A stretch of 64,000 nucleotides of DNA from Actinomycetes bacterium (GTDB lineage: Bacteria; Actinomycetota; Actinomycetes; S36-B12; UBA5976): the NCBI GenBank assembly GCA_021824095.1, contig JAKALQ010000001.1:2131-66130 (forward strand). The letters run 5' to 3'. A program made the translations under genes and the position numbers. Of the stretch, positions 52,690 to 60,750 are shown piece after piece. The number at the start of each line of letters is the position of its first letter. Within the stretch, counting starts at the first letter, position 1. The notes beneath the pieces were generated by a model. It was given only the letters and a program-made list of their open reading frames with translations. It did no database searches and had not been told where the DNA came from.

Positions 52690-55115
52690 TCGTCGTGCGG
52701 GTGACCGGACATGAGCCCGAGTCGGCGCGCCGCCTCCGTGGTGGCGTTGCGGTATTCACGACGCTCGCGCAGGGAGCTGCGCGGACGGGCCAGCCAGTCC
52801 CATGCGGCACGCGAGCGGATGGGATGCACGACCTCCTCCGCAGAGTCGGTGGTGGGGCGGCCCTTCGAGAAGAGCACGGCGATGACGATGATGAGCACGG
52901 CGACGGCCGCGATGGCGATGCTCGACCCGGTGTTGCCGTCCATGCGCAGCGTCACGACCGCGGGCGCGATGAGCAGGGCCACGAGGTTCATCACCTTGAT
53001 GAGCGGGTTGATGGCCGGGCCAGCGGTGTCCTTGAAGGGATCACCGACGGTGTCACCGATGACAGTGGCCGCGTGCGCCTCGCTGTTCTTGCCGCCGTAG
53101 TGGCCGTCCTCGACGAACTTCTTGGCGTTGTCCCAGGCGCCACCGGAGTTCGACAGCAGCACGGCCATGAGCGTGCCCGTGGCGATGGTGCCGGCCAGGA
53201 AGGCGCCGAGCGCGCCGACACCGAGGCCGAAGCCGACGGCGATCGGGGTGGTGACCGCGAGCAGGCCGGGCGTCGCGAGCTCGCGCAGCGAGTCCTTCGT
53301 CACGATGTCGACGACCTTGCCGTACTCCGGCAGCTCGGTGCCGTCCATGATGCCGGGGTGGTCGCGGAACTGCCGACGCACCTCGTGGATGACGGCGCCT
53401 GCGGCACGCGACACCGCGCTGATGGCGAGGCCGGAGAAGAGGAACACGACCGATGCGCCGATGAGCAGGCCGAGCAGGTTGGTGGGGTTGGCCACGTCGA
53501 GGATCGCGTAGTACTGCAGACCCTCGAGCACGGGCAGCTTGGCGATCGCATCGGCGAAACCGGACGACGCCGTGGACACGGCATCGCGGAAGGAACCGAA
53601 GAGCGCCGTGGCCGCGAGCACGGCCGTGGCGATCGCGATGCCCTTCGTGATGGCCTTCGTCGTGTTGCCGACGGCATCGAGGCTCGTGAGCACGGCAGCG
53701 CCCTCACCGTGCACGTCCTTCGACATCTCGGCGATGCCCTGCGCGTTGTCGGACACCGGGCCGAAGGTGTCCATCGACACGATGACGCCGACCGTGGTGA
53801 GCAGGCCCGTACCGGCCAGCGCGATGGCGAACAGCGAGAGGATCGTGGACGCACCACCGAGGAGGAACGCGCCGTACACGGCCGCCCCGATGAGCAGCGC
53901 CGAGTACACAGCCGACTCAAGCCCCAGGGAGAAGCCCGACAGGATGACGGTGGCGGCACCCGTGAGCGACGACTTCGACACCTCGTCGACCGGGCGGCGG
54001 TTGGTCTCCGTGAAGTAGCCGGTGAGCAGCTGGATGGCGGCCGCGAGGGCGATGCCGATGAGCACCGCGACGATCGCGACGGTGCGCGGGTTGGCCTGCA
54101 CGGCATCGGTGCCGGTGCCGACGATGACCGAGTCGGGCAGGTAGAGCATGGCGGCGATCGTCACGAGCACCGCGGAGACGGCAGCGGAGAGGAAGAAGCC
54201 GCGGTTGATGGCATGCATGCCGTTGCGGTCGCTGTCGCGTGGCGTCACCGCGAGGATGCCGATGACGGCGGTGACGACGCCGATGGCGGGCACGATGAGC
54301 GGGAAGACGAGGCCCTGGGCACCGAGTGCCGCCTTGCCGAGGATGAGGGCCGCGACGAGCGTGACCGCGTAGGACTCGAACAGGTCGGCCGCCATGCCGG
54401 CGCAGTCGCCCACGTTGTCGCCCACGTTGTCGGCGATGGTGGCCGCGTTGCGCGGATCGTCCTCGGGGATGTTCTGCTCGACCTTGCCCACAAGGTCGGC
54501 ACCGACGTCGGCCGCCTTGGTGAAGATGCCGCCGCCGACGCGCATGAACATCGCGAGCATGGCCGCACCGAAGCCGAAGCCCTCCAGCACCTTGGGCGCG
54601 TCACCTCGGTACAGCAGGACGACGAGCGCCGCACCGAAGAGGCCGAGGCCCACGGTGAACATGCCGGCGACACCGCCGGTGCGGAAGGCGATGCGCATGG
54701 CCACCTTGGCGCCACCGTCGCGTGCCGCCGCCGCAACGCGCACGTTGCCGCGCACGGCCAACGACATGCCGACGTACCCCGTGGTGGCGGAGAACACGGC
54801 TCCGACGAGGAAGAAGAGCGAGCGTCCGATGCGCTGTGACGCGGTGTCGGCAGGCAGGGCGAACAGCAGGAAGAACACGAGCACCGCGAAGATCGCGAGT
54901 GTGCGGAACTGCCGGTTCAGGTAGGCCGCGGCGCCCTCCTGGACGGCCTTGGCGATAGCGCGCATGTTGTCGGTGCCCTGGCTGGCCGCGAGCACCTCGC
55001 GGACCAGGATGCCGGCAACGCCGAGCGCTGCGAGCGCGATGAGCCCCACGACCAGGACGGCCGTGACATTCCCCCCATCGAGCGTGATGCCGACCGCGGC
55101 GTCGAGGTTCGACAT
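52686..55115 (-). CDS. hppA: Membrane-bound proton-translocating pyrophosphatase, K+-insensitive type
   Basis: H+-PPase blocks GGIFTKAADVGADLVGKVE, DNVGDNVGD and GDTVGDPFKDT. GNTTKA (Lys rather than Ala) marks the K+-independent clade. The start is taken at ATG 55115 (MSNLDAAVG..). Confidence 0.9.
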   Translation of the reverse strand: MSNLDAAVGITLDGGNVTAVLVVGLIALAALGVAGILVREVLAASQGTDNMRAIAKAVQEGAAAYLNRQFRTLAIFAVLVFFLLFALPADTASQRIGRSLFFLVGAVFSATTGYVGMSLAVRGNVRVAAAARDGGAKVAMRIAFRTGGVAGMFTVGLGLFGAALVVLLYRGDAPKVLEGFGFGAAMLAMFMRVGGGIFTKAADVGADLVGKVEQNIPEDDPRNAATIADNVGDNVGDCAGMAADLFESYAVTLVAALILGKAALGAQGLVFPLIVPAIGVVTAVIGILAVTPRDSDRNGMHAINRGFFLSAAVSAVLVTIAAMLYLPDSVIVGTGTDAVQANPRTVAIVAVLIGIALAAAIQLLTGYFTETNRRPVDEVSKSSLTGAATVILSGFSLGLESAVYSALLIGAAVYGAFLLGGASTILSLFAIALAGTGLLTTVGVIVSMDTFGPVSDNAQGIAEMSKDVHGEGAAVLTSLDAVGNTTKAITKGIAIATAVLAATALFGSFRDAVSTASSGFADAIAKLPVLEGLQYYAILDVANPTNLLGLLIGASVVFLFSGLAISAVSRAAGAVIHEVRRQFRDHPGIMDGTELPEYGKVVDIVTKDSLRELATPGLLAVTTPIAVGFGLGVGALGAFLAGTIATGTLMAVLLSNSGGAWDNAKKFVEDGHYGGKNSEAHAATVIGDTVGDPFKDTAGPAINPLIKVMNLVALLIAPAVVTLRMDGNTGSSIAIAAVAVLIIVIAVLFSKGRPTTDSAEEVVHPIRSRAAWDWLARPRSSLRERREYRNATTEAARRLGLMSGHPHDE

Positions 55116-55319
55116 GTGGCTCCTCCCATTCAGGCCATCGCATGCTGGGATCACCGCACGCGTTCGGCTCTCGCGGGGAGTCTAGGCAGCGCCGTCGGCG
55201 CGCCACCCCGCTCGTTCCACGAACGGGCTGCGACCCTGCAAACAGGGCGGTGATCGGTGCGCACCGCGCGACGGTCGGCGGCGACGCCTACGCTTCGGAC
55301 GTCACGACGAGGAGGACGC

Positions 55320-56117
55320 ATGGGCACCACGACGTTCATCGGCGGGGGCATGATGGGCGAGGCCATCCTGTCCGGCATGATCGCCGCCGGCACGGCACCA
55401 CAGGACATCATCGTGGTGGAACGGCTGCCCGAACGCGCTGCCGCAGTGCGCGATCGCCACGGCGTGCACATCGCCGACATCGCCGAGGGCACGGCCCGTG
55501 CGGACGTGCTCATCATTGCCGTGAAGCCGCAGGGCTTCGACGAGACCCTGCGGGCCGTCCAGCCGCACCTTGCTCCGCACACGCTCGTGGTCTCGATCGC
55601 GGCGGGCAAGACGCTCGCGACGATGGAGGCACTGCTGCCGGGTGCCCGCTGCATCCGCGTCATGCCGAACACCCCGGCCCTCGTCGGCGCCGGCATGGCT
55701 GCCTTCAGCCGCGGCACGCTGGCGACGGACGACGACCTGCGCCTCGCGATGGGCATGCTCGACACGGTGGGGCGCACCGTCGAGGTGCCCGAGACGCTGC
55801 AGGATGCGATGACGTCAATGCACGGCAGCGGCCCGGCCTTCTACTACTACGTGCTCGAGTCGTTCATCGAGGGCGGCGTGCGCCTCGGCCTCGATCGTGA
55901 GCTCGCCACCCTGTTGGCGCGCCAGACCTTCATCGGCGCGGCAGCGCTGCTGCACCGCACGGGTGAGACGGCCGAGCAGCTGCGTCGCAATGTCACGTCG
56001 CCCGGTGGCACCACGGCTGCCGCCATCGCCCGCTTCGAGGAGCTCGGCCTGCGCGACACGCTCATCGCGGGCCAGATCGCCTGCCGCGATCGCGGCGCCG
56101 AGCTCTCGGCGATGTGA
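55320..56117 (+). CDS. proC: Pyrroline-5-carboxylate reductase
   Basis: Rossmann N-terminus FIGGGMMGEAI, plus MPNTPALVG and the C-terminal VTSPGGTT motif. A GAGGAGG RBS precedes ATG 55320. Confidence 0.9.
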   Translation: MGTTTFIGGGMMGEAILSGMIAAGTAPQDIIVVERLPERAAAVRDRHGVHIADIAEGTARADVLIIAVKPQGFDETLRAVQPHLAPHTLVVSIAAGKTLATMEALLPGARCIRVMPNTPALVGAGMAAFSRGTLATDDDLRLAMGMLDTVGRTVEVPETLQDAMTSMHGSGPAFYYYVLESFIEGGVRLGLDRELATLLARQTFIGAAALLHRTGETAEQLRRNVTSPGGTTAAAIARFEELGLRDTLIAGQIACRDRGAELSAM

Positions 56118-56127
56118 GGGCGCCACG

Positions 56128-56358
56128 ATGATGGTGACGCTCATCGGCAAGCCCGGCTGCCACCTGTGCGACGAGGCCCGTGCGGTCGTCGTCGCCGTGT
56201 GCGCGGAGCGCGGTGTGCCCTGGCAGGAGCGCTCGATCCTCGACGAGCCAACGTTGGCGGAGGCGCACTGGGAGCGCATCCCCGTGATCCTCGTGGACGA
56301 TCGTGAGATCGCGTTCTGGCACGTGGGTGCCGACCAGTTGCGGGCCGCCCTCGCCTGA
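56128..56358 (+). CDS. Glutaredoxin-like (thioredoxin-fold) small protein
   Basis: 76 aa. CHLC redox motif after a beta-strand (VTLIGKPGCHLCDEA) and a later IPVILVDD block, a thioredoxin-fold pattern. Confidence 0.68.
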   Translation: MMVTLIGKPGCHLCDEARAVVVAVCAERGVPWQERSILDEPTLAEAHWERIPVILVDDREIAFWHVGADQLRAALA

Positions 56359-56366
56359 GGGGGCCC

Positions 56367-57734
56367 TCACGCAGCCGGCGCGTCCTCCATCGCCCGCAAC
56401 GATCGGTCGGTGCGCACCAGCAGCACAAAGCCCACGGCCACCCCCACGACCAGCCAGGCCAGCTCGTGCAACCCAGCGGTCGTGGCGCCGGTGCGGAAGG
56501 CGGTGGCGTTGGCGGCGGAGGCGACGATGGCACCGAGGTACATGAACGTGCGCAGCAACCCGGCCGAGGCACCGATGCGAGCCGGATCCGCCTGGTAGTA
56601 CAGGGCCGTCTGATTGGCAAGGCTGTTGAGTCCCTGCGGGATGCCCACCACCACACCAACGACGACGAGCAGCCAGATCGGGCTCGTGGCGTCGAGCCGC
56701 AGCAGAAGCAGGGCGGCAACCAGTTGTGCTGCGCTGCCGATGGAGAGCTTGCGGCGCACGGCCTTGCGCCGACCCGTCGCCGCGGTGACGAGCAGCGAGG
56801 TGATGAACATCGGCATGAGCAGGGTGCCGGCCTGCGAGGCACTCACGCCGCGTCCCTCCTCCAGCCACTGCGTGTAGGCATAGATGAACGAGTAGGAGAC
56901 GATGTTGTTGAGCCACTGCCGCAGGTAGGTGGCGACCAGCGGGCCATTGCCCGAGAGCACGCGCACGTCGATGAAGGGACGGGCGGTCGCGCTTTCCCGG
57001 CGCACGAAGAGCGCAGCGAGCAGCAGGCCGGGCAGCACGAGCAGCGCACGCCCGGAGCCCGGATCCATCACCGGCACGAGCAGGCACAGGAGCGCGCCAC
57101 TGAAGAGGCTGATTCCCGGCAGGTCGAGGGACACACCTCCGTCTGGGACAGACCCTCCTCTCGGGAAGCGCAGGGCGCCCAGCGTGAAGGCAGCCACCGC
57201 GAGCGGCAGGTTCACCGTGAGGGTCGCGCGCCAGCCGCCGATCCCGATGAGCAGGCCTCCGAGTGCCGGCCCGATGACCGCGATGGTCTGGCTGGAGAAG
57301 GTGAGCAGGGTGAGCACGATGGTGGGGTTGTCGACACCGGTGCGGCGCGCCTCGCTGCGGATGAGGAACATGGCCGCCGGGTAGCCAGCGCAGGTGCCGA
57401 GCCCGAGCAGCACCCGGGAGACAACGAGCACCACAAGCGATTGCGCCACCATGCCGAGGCCCCCACCGACGCCGACGAGCACCGTGGCAGCCAGGAACAC
57501 CCGACGTGGCCCGAGTGCGTCGACGAGGCGCCCGGCGACGGGCTGGCCCACCGCCGTCGCCAGGTACAGCGCCGAGACCAGCCACGCGGTGCGTGACGGT
57601 GGCTCACCGAGGGATTGGCCGATGGGGATGAGCGCCACCGCGATCATCGAGCTGTTGATGGGGTTGAGGATCGCGCCGAGGACCATCGGCGGGATGAGTC
57701 GACGATCGAAGCCCTCGCGCCCCGCGTCACGCAT
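56367..57734 (-). CDS. MFS transporter, DHA2 (EmrB/QacA-like) type
   Basis: About 455 aa and about 14 hydrophobic helices. N-terminal LNPINSSMIAVALIPI and GRLVDALGPRR motifs. The start is ATG 57734 or 57785. Confidence 0.78.
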   Translation of the reverse strand: MRDAGREGFDRRLIPPMVLGAILNPINSSMIAVALIPIGQSLGEPPSRTAWLVSALYLATAVGQPVAGRLVDALGPRRVFLAATVLVGVGGGLGMVAQSLVVLVVSRVLLGLGTCAGYPAAMFLIRSEARRTGVDNPTIVLTLLTFSSQTIAVIGPALGGLLIGIGGWRATLTVNLPLAVAAFTLGALRFPRGGSVPDGGVSLDLPGISLFSGALLCLLVPVMDPGSGRALLVLPGLLLAALFVRRESATARPFIDVRVLSGNGPLVATYLRQWLNNIVSYSFIYAYTQWLEEGRGVSASQAGTLLMPMFITSLLVTAATGRRKAVRRKLSIGSAAQLVAALLLLRLDATSPIWLLVVVGVVVGIPQGLNSLANQTALYYQADPARIGASAGLLRTFMYLGAIVASAANATAFRTGATTAGLHELAWLVVGVAVGFVLLVRTDRSLRAMEDAPAA

Positions 57735-57814
57735 GCCGACCTCCCGACCCCGCCACGCTAGGGCACCCGGGACCAGACCATGCACGCGTCGGCAGATGCT
57801 GACGCAATCGCAAC

Positions 57815-58750
57815 TCAGGCGCCTGCCGCCATGTGATCGAGGCGCCGCAGGATGACACCCTCACGCAGGGCCCACGGGCAGATCTCCACCTCCGCGACAC
57901 CGAGCAGGTCCATGGCCGCCTCGGCCACCACCGCGCCTGCGAGCACCTGCCGGGCCCGACCGGCCGACACCCCTGGCAGCGACGCCCGCTGTCGCACGGT
58001 CATCGACGCAAGGCGCGGCACCCACGCCTGCAGTTCCTCGAGCTGCAGCCGTCGCGCCACGAAGGGTCCCTCGCCGGCAGCGGCGGCACCCGTGATGCGG
58101 GCAAGTGAACGGAAGGTCTTGCTCGTCGCCACGCGATGGTCCGCCGGACCGAACTTCGTGATGGCCGGCACCACCTCGGCGATCGTGCGCCGCGCGAGGC
58201 GGCGCAGGTCCTTGAGGTCGCTGCGGTCCACCGGGTCACTGTGGAAGTGGGCATTCGCCAGGCGCCCTGCCCCGAGCGGCACGGACACCGCAACGTCCGG
58301 GCTCTCGTCGATGCCGCTCGCGATCTCCAGCGAACCGCCGCCGATGTCGAGCACGAGCAGTCGTCGCGACGACCAGCCGAACCATCGCCGCACCGCGAGG
58401 AAGGTGAGCCTGGCCTCGTCGTCGCCGCCGAGCACGTGCAACTCCACCCCGGTCTCCTCGCGCACCCGCTGCAGCACCTGCTCGCCGCCGGTGGCCTCGC
58501 GGATGGCGGAGGTGGCGAAGGCGAGGATCTCGGTGCAGCCGAGGTCGTCGGCACCTGCCGTGGCCTCGCGGATGTGGCGGATGAGCTCGCGCACGGCATC
58601 GTCGTCGATGCTGCCGTCAGCGCGCAGGTGCTCGGCGAGGCGCAGCTCATGCTTGAACGACTGCGCCGGCACGGGGGCCGCACCGACGTGGGCGTCGACG
58701 ACGAGCAGGTGCACCGTGTTGGAACCGACGTCGAGGACTCCCATGCGCAT
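57815..58750 (-). CDS. ppx: Ppx/GppA-family exopolyphosphatase
   Basis: ASKHA-fold motifs [13 protein letters not shown] and [11 protein letters not shown], at the 311-aa size of actinobacterial PPX1-type proteins. Confidence 0.85.
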   Translation of the reverse strand: MRMGVLDVGSNTVHLLVVDAHVGAAPVPAQSFKHELRLAEHLRADGSIDDDAVRELIRHIREATAGADDLGCTEILAFATSAIREATGGEQVLQRVREETGVELHVLGGDDEARLTFLAVRRWFGWSSRRLLVLDIGGGSLEIASGIDESPDVAVSVPLGAGRLANAHFHSDPVDRSDLKDLRRLARRTIAEVVPAITKFGPADHRVATSKTFRSLARITGAAAAGEGPFVARRLQLEELQAWVPRLASMTVRQRASLPGVSAGRARQVLAGAVVAEAAMDLLGVAEVEICPWALREGVILRRLDHMAAGA

Positions 58751-58864
58751 GGGGCCAGCCTAGGAACCTGGCGGGCCGCGTGGCATCGCGGCCACGAACG
58801 GACGCTGGCACGGTGGCCCTCGACGCTCCCGAGCGGGCGCAGGGCCGGGGCGTACGCTTCCCCG

Positions 58865-59680
58865 GTGACCGAGCTCAAGCAGGACTTCGCGCGCCAGTTC
58901 GTCGAGTTCGACGATCCCAGCAACCCCAACCAGGTGTTCCGCTGCGACCTCACCTGGCTCACGTCGAACTGGAACTGCATCTGGGGCAGGGGCTGCCAGG
59001 GCATCCAGCAGGGCTACCCGCAGTACGGCTGCTGCGCCAATGGCGCGCACTTCAGCGAGAAGGCGGACGAGAAGCGCGTGGCCACCTGGGTGGCGAAGCT
59101 GACGCCCGAGACATGGGAGCACCATGCGGCCGGTCACAAGCGCTGGGTCGAGAAGGACGAGGACGGCCAGCGCAAGACCCGCGTCTACAACGAGGGCTGC
59201 ATCTTCCTCAACTCGGACGGCTTCCCCGGCGGCAGCGGCTGCGCCCTGCACCATGAGGCGGCACGCCATGGCGTCGGCTACCAGCAGACGAAGCCCGATG
59301 TGTGCTGGCAGATCCCGATCCGCCGCGACTACGAGTGGATCGAACGACCCGACGGCGAGCAGAAGCTGCTCATCACCATCGAGGAGTACCAGCGCAGCGG
59401 GTGGGGGCCGGGCGGGCACGAACTCCATTGGTACTGCTCGTCCAACACCGACGCCCACAACGGCGCCGAACCCGTGTACGTGAGCGAGCGCGACACCCTC
59501 ATCGAGCTCATGGGAGCGAAGGGGTACGCGCGGCTCAAGGAGTTCTGCGACGCCCGCATGGAGGTGCTCGACGCCGCCCGGTCCGTCGCCCGACGCACCG
59601 GTGACGCGAAGCAGGTGCGCAAGGTCATGCTCACGCTCATGTCGCACCCGGCAACCGAGGCCAACCGCGCCGCACGTTGA
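58865..59680 (+). CDS. Conserved cysteine-rich protein of unknown function
   Basis: GTG 58865 is the only plausible in-frame start that does not overlap ppx. The 271-aa product has many Cys/His ([47 protein letters not shown]). From memory, a conserved hypothetical gene sits divergent to ppx in mycobacteria. Confidence 0.6.
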   Translation: MTELKQDFARQFVEFDDPSNPNQVFRCDLTWLTSNWNCIWGRGCQGIQQGYPQYGCCANGAHFSEKADEKRVATWVAKLTPETWEHHAAGHKRWVEKDEDGQRKTRVYNEGCIFLNSDGFPGGSGCALHHEAARHGVGYQQTKPDVCWQIPIRRDYEWIERPDGEQKLLITIEEYQRSGWGPGGHELHWYCSSNTDAHNGAEPVYVSERDTLIELMGAKGYARLKEFCDARMEVLDAARSVARRTGDAKQVRKVMLTLMSHPATEANRAAR

Positions 59681-59713
59681 CGCGCCACGGGAACCGCGTG
59701 GCCGCGCCGACGG

Positions 59714-60535
59714 TCAGTGCCCGAGGGTGAGTACGCCGACGAGCACGAGCACCACCGACGTCACGCCGAACACGGTGGCGCGCACGAGCCAGTAGCGCGG
59801 GTCACGGTCGAGCCGGGGCTCGCGAGGCGGGCGACCATCGCGGCGCATCGCACCGGCACGCGTCACGATGCGCCGGTACTCGTCATCGGGCACGCGCACC
59901 AAGTCGGCGACGACGAGCGTGATGGCGGACGCGTCGGGCAGTGGCAGGGCCGTGTAGCCGGTGATCGCATTGCCGTCCGCGCGACGCAGCCAATCGATGC
60001 AGATGCGGCACTCGGCCGCGTGCATGGTGAGGGCGTCGACGTCGCGGCGCGACAGCATGCCGGCGCCGCGGGCGGCGATGGCATCGCGCACCGGGCATGG
60101 CGTGAGATCGACGGCGAGCGCGAGCGCGGTGACGGCCCGCACGAAGGCCACATGCGCCCGACGACGCAGATGCCGAGCCGCGCGCGGGCGCAGGTCCATG
60201 ACCGCACCCACCTCGGACGCATCCAGCCCCAGGCGCGCGAACAGGTAGAGCGCGGTGCGCTCGGACGGCGTGAGTGCGGCAAGCGGCTCACCGTCGACGC
60301 GCACCTCCGGCGCCGTGTCGGCGTGCACCCCACGTGCCCGCAGCTGCCGCCATACCTCGGCGCGCGCGTGCGACAACACGGTGCGGCGCGAGGCCTGCGG
60401 GGCGTCGAGGGACGAGAGCACGACGAGCGTGTCACGGATGGCGACGGCGGCGATGGCGGGATCGAGGGCGGTGAGCACGACGAGGTCGATGACGGAGGAC
60501 ACGTCGTCCCGGGCGAGGGCCCGGCGCGACAACAC
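59714..60535 (-). CDS. Membrane-anchored protein with sigma-70 region-4-like HTH, ZAS-type HxxxCxxC motif and C-terminal TM helix
   Basis: GTG 60535 has a GAGGAGG RBS 5 nt upstream. Region-4-like HTH: LTPSERTALYLFARLGLDASEVGAVMDLRPRAARHLRRRA. ZAS motif: HAAECRIC. TM helix: VFGVTSVVLVLVGVLTL at the C-terminus. Confidence 0.5.
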   Translation of the reverse strand: MLSRRALARDDVSSVIDLVVLTALDPAIAAVAIRDTLVVLSSLDAPQASRRTVLSHARAEVWRQLRARGVHADTAPEVRVDGEPLAALTPSERTALYLFARLGLDASEVGAVMDLRPRAARHLRRRAHVAFVRAVTALALAVDLTPCPVRDAIAARGAGMLSRRDVDALTMHAAECRICIDWLRRADGNAITGYTALPLPDASAITLVVADLVRVPDDEYRRIVTRAGAMRRDGRPPREPRLDRDPRYWLVRATVFGVTSVVLVLVGVLTLGH

Positions 60536-60750
60536 GGACGCCTCCTCGCCGGCACCGCCACTCGTGGGCACGGCCGTCGTCACGGGAGCAACGCTACCGG
60601 CAGGGATGCACCGAACCCGGGTGGAACGGCCGACTCCCAGCGGATTCACACGCCCCTGACGCCGTGTTGGCCGAACCCCTCCCGTTGCATCGACCCATCG
60701 AGCCTGCGACGATGCAGGCACGACGGGGGATGTCGCAGGGGAGGGCGCGC

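Noticed and set aside
56118-56366. Search for the small basic ribosomal protein bS22-type ORF and the excisionase-like HTH gene that accompany proC in mycobacteria (from memory)
   Set aside because: No Lys/Arg-rich ~33-codon ORF or HTH mini-gene is visible downstream of proC here. The only ORF is the CHLC glutaredoxin-like protein.
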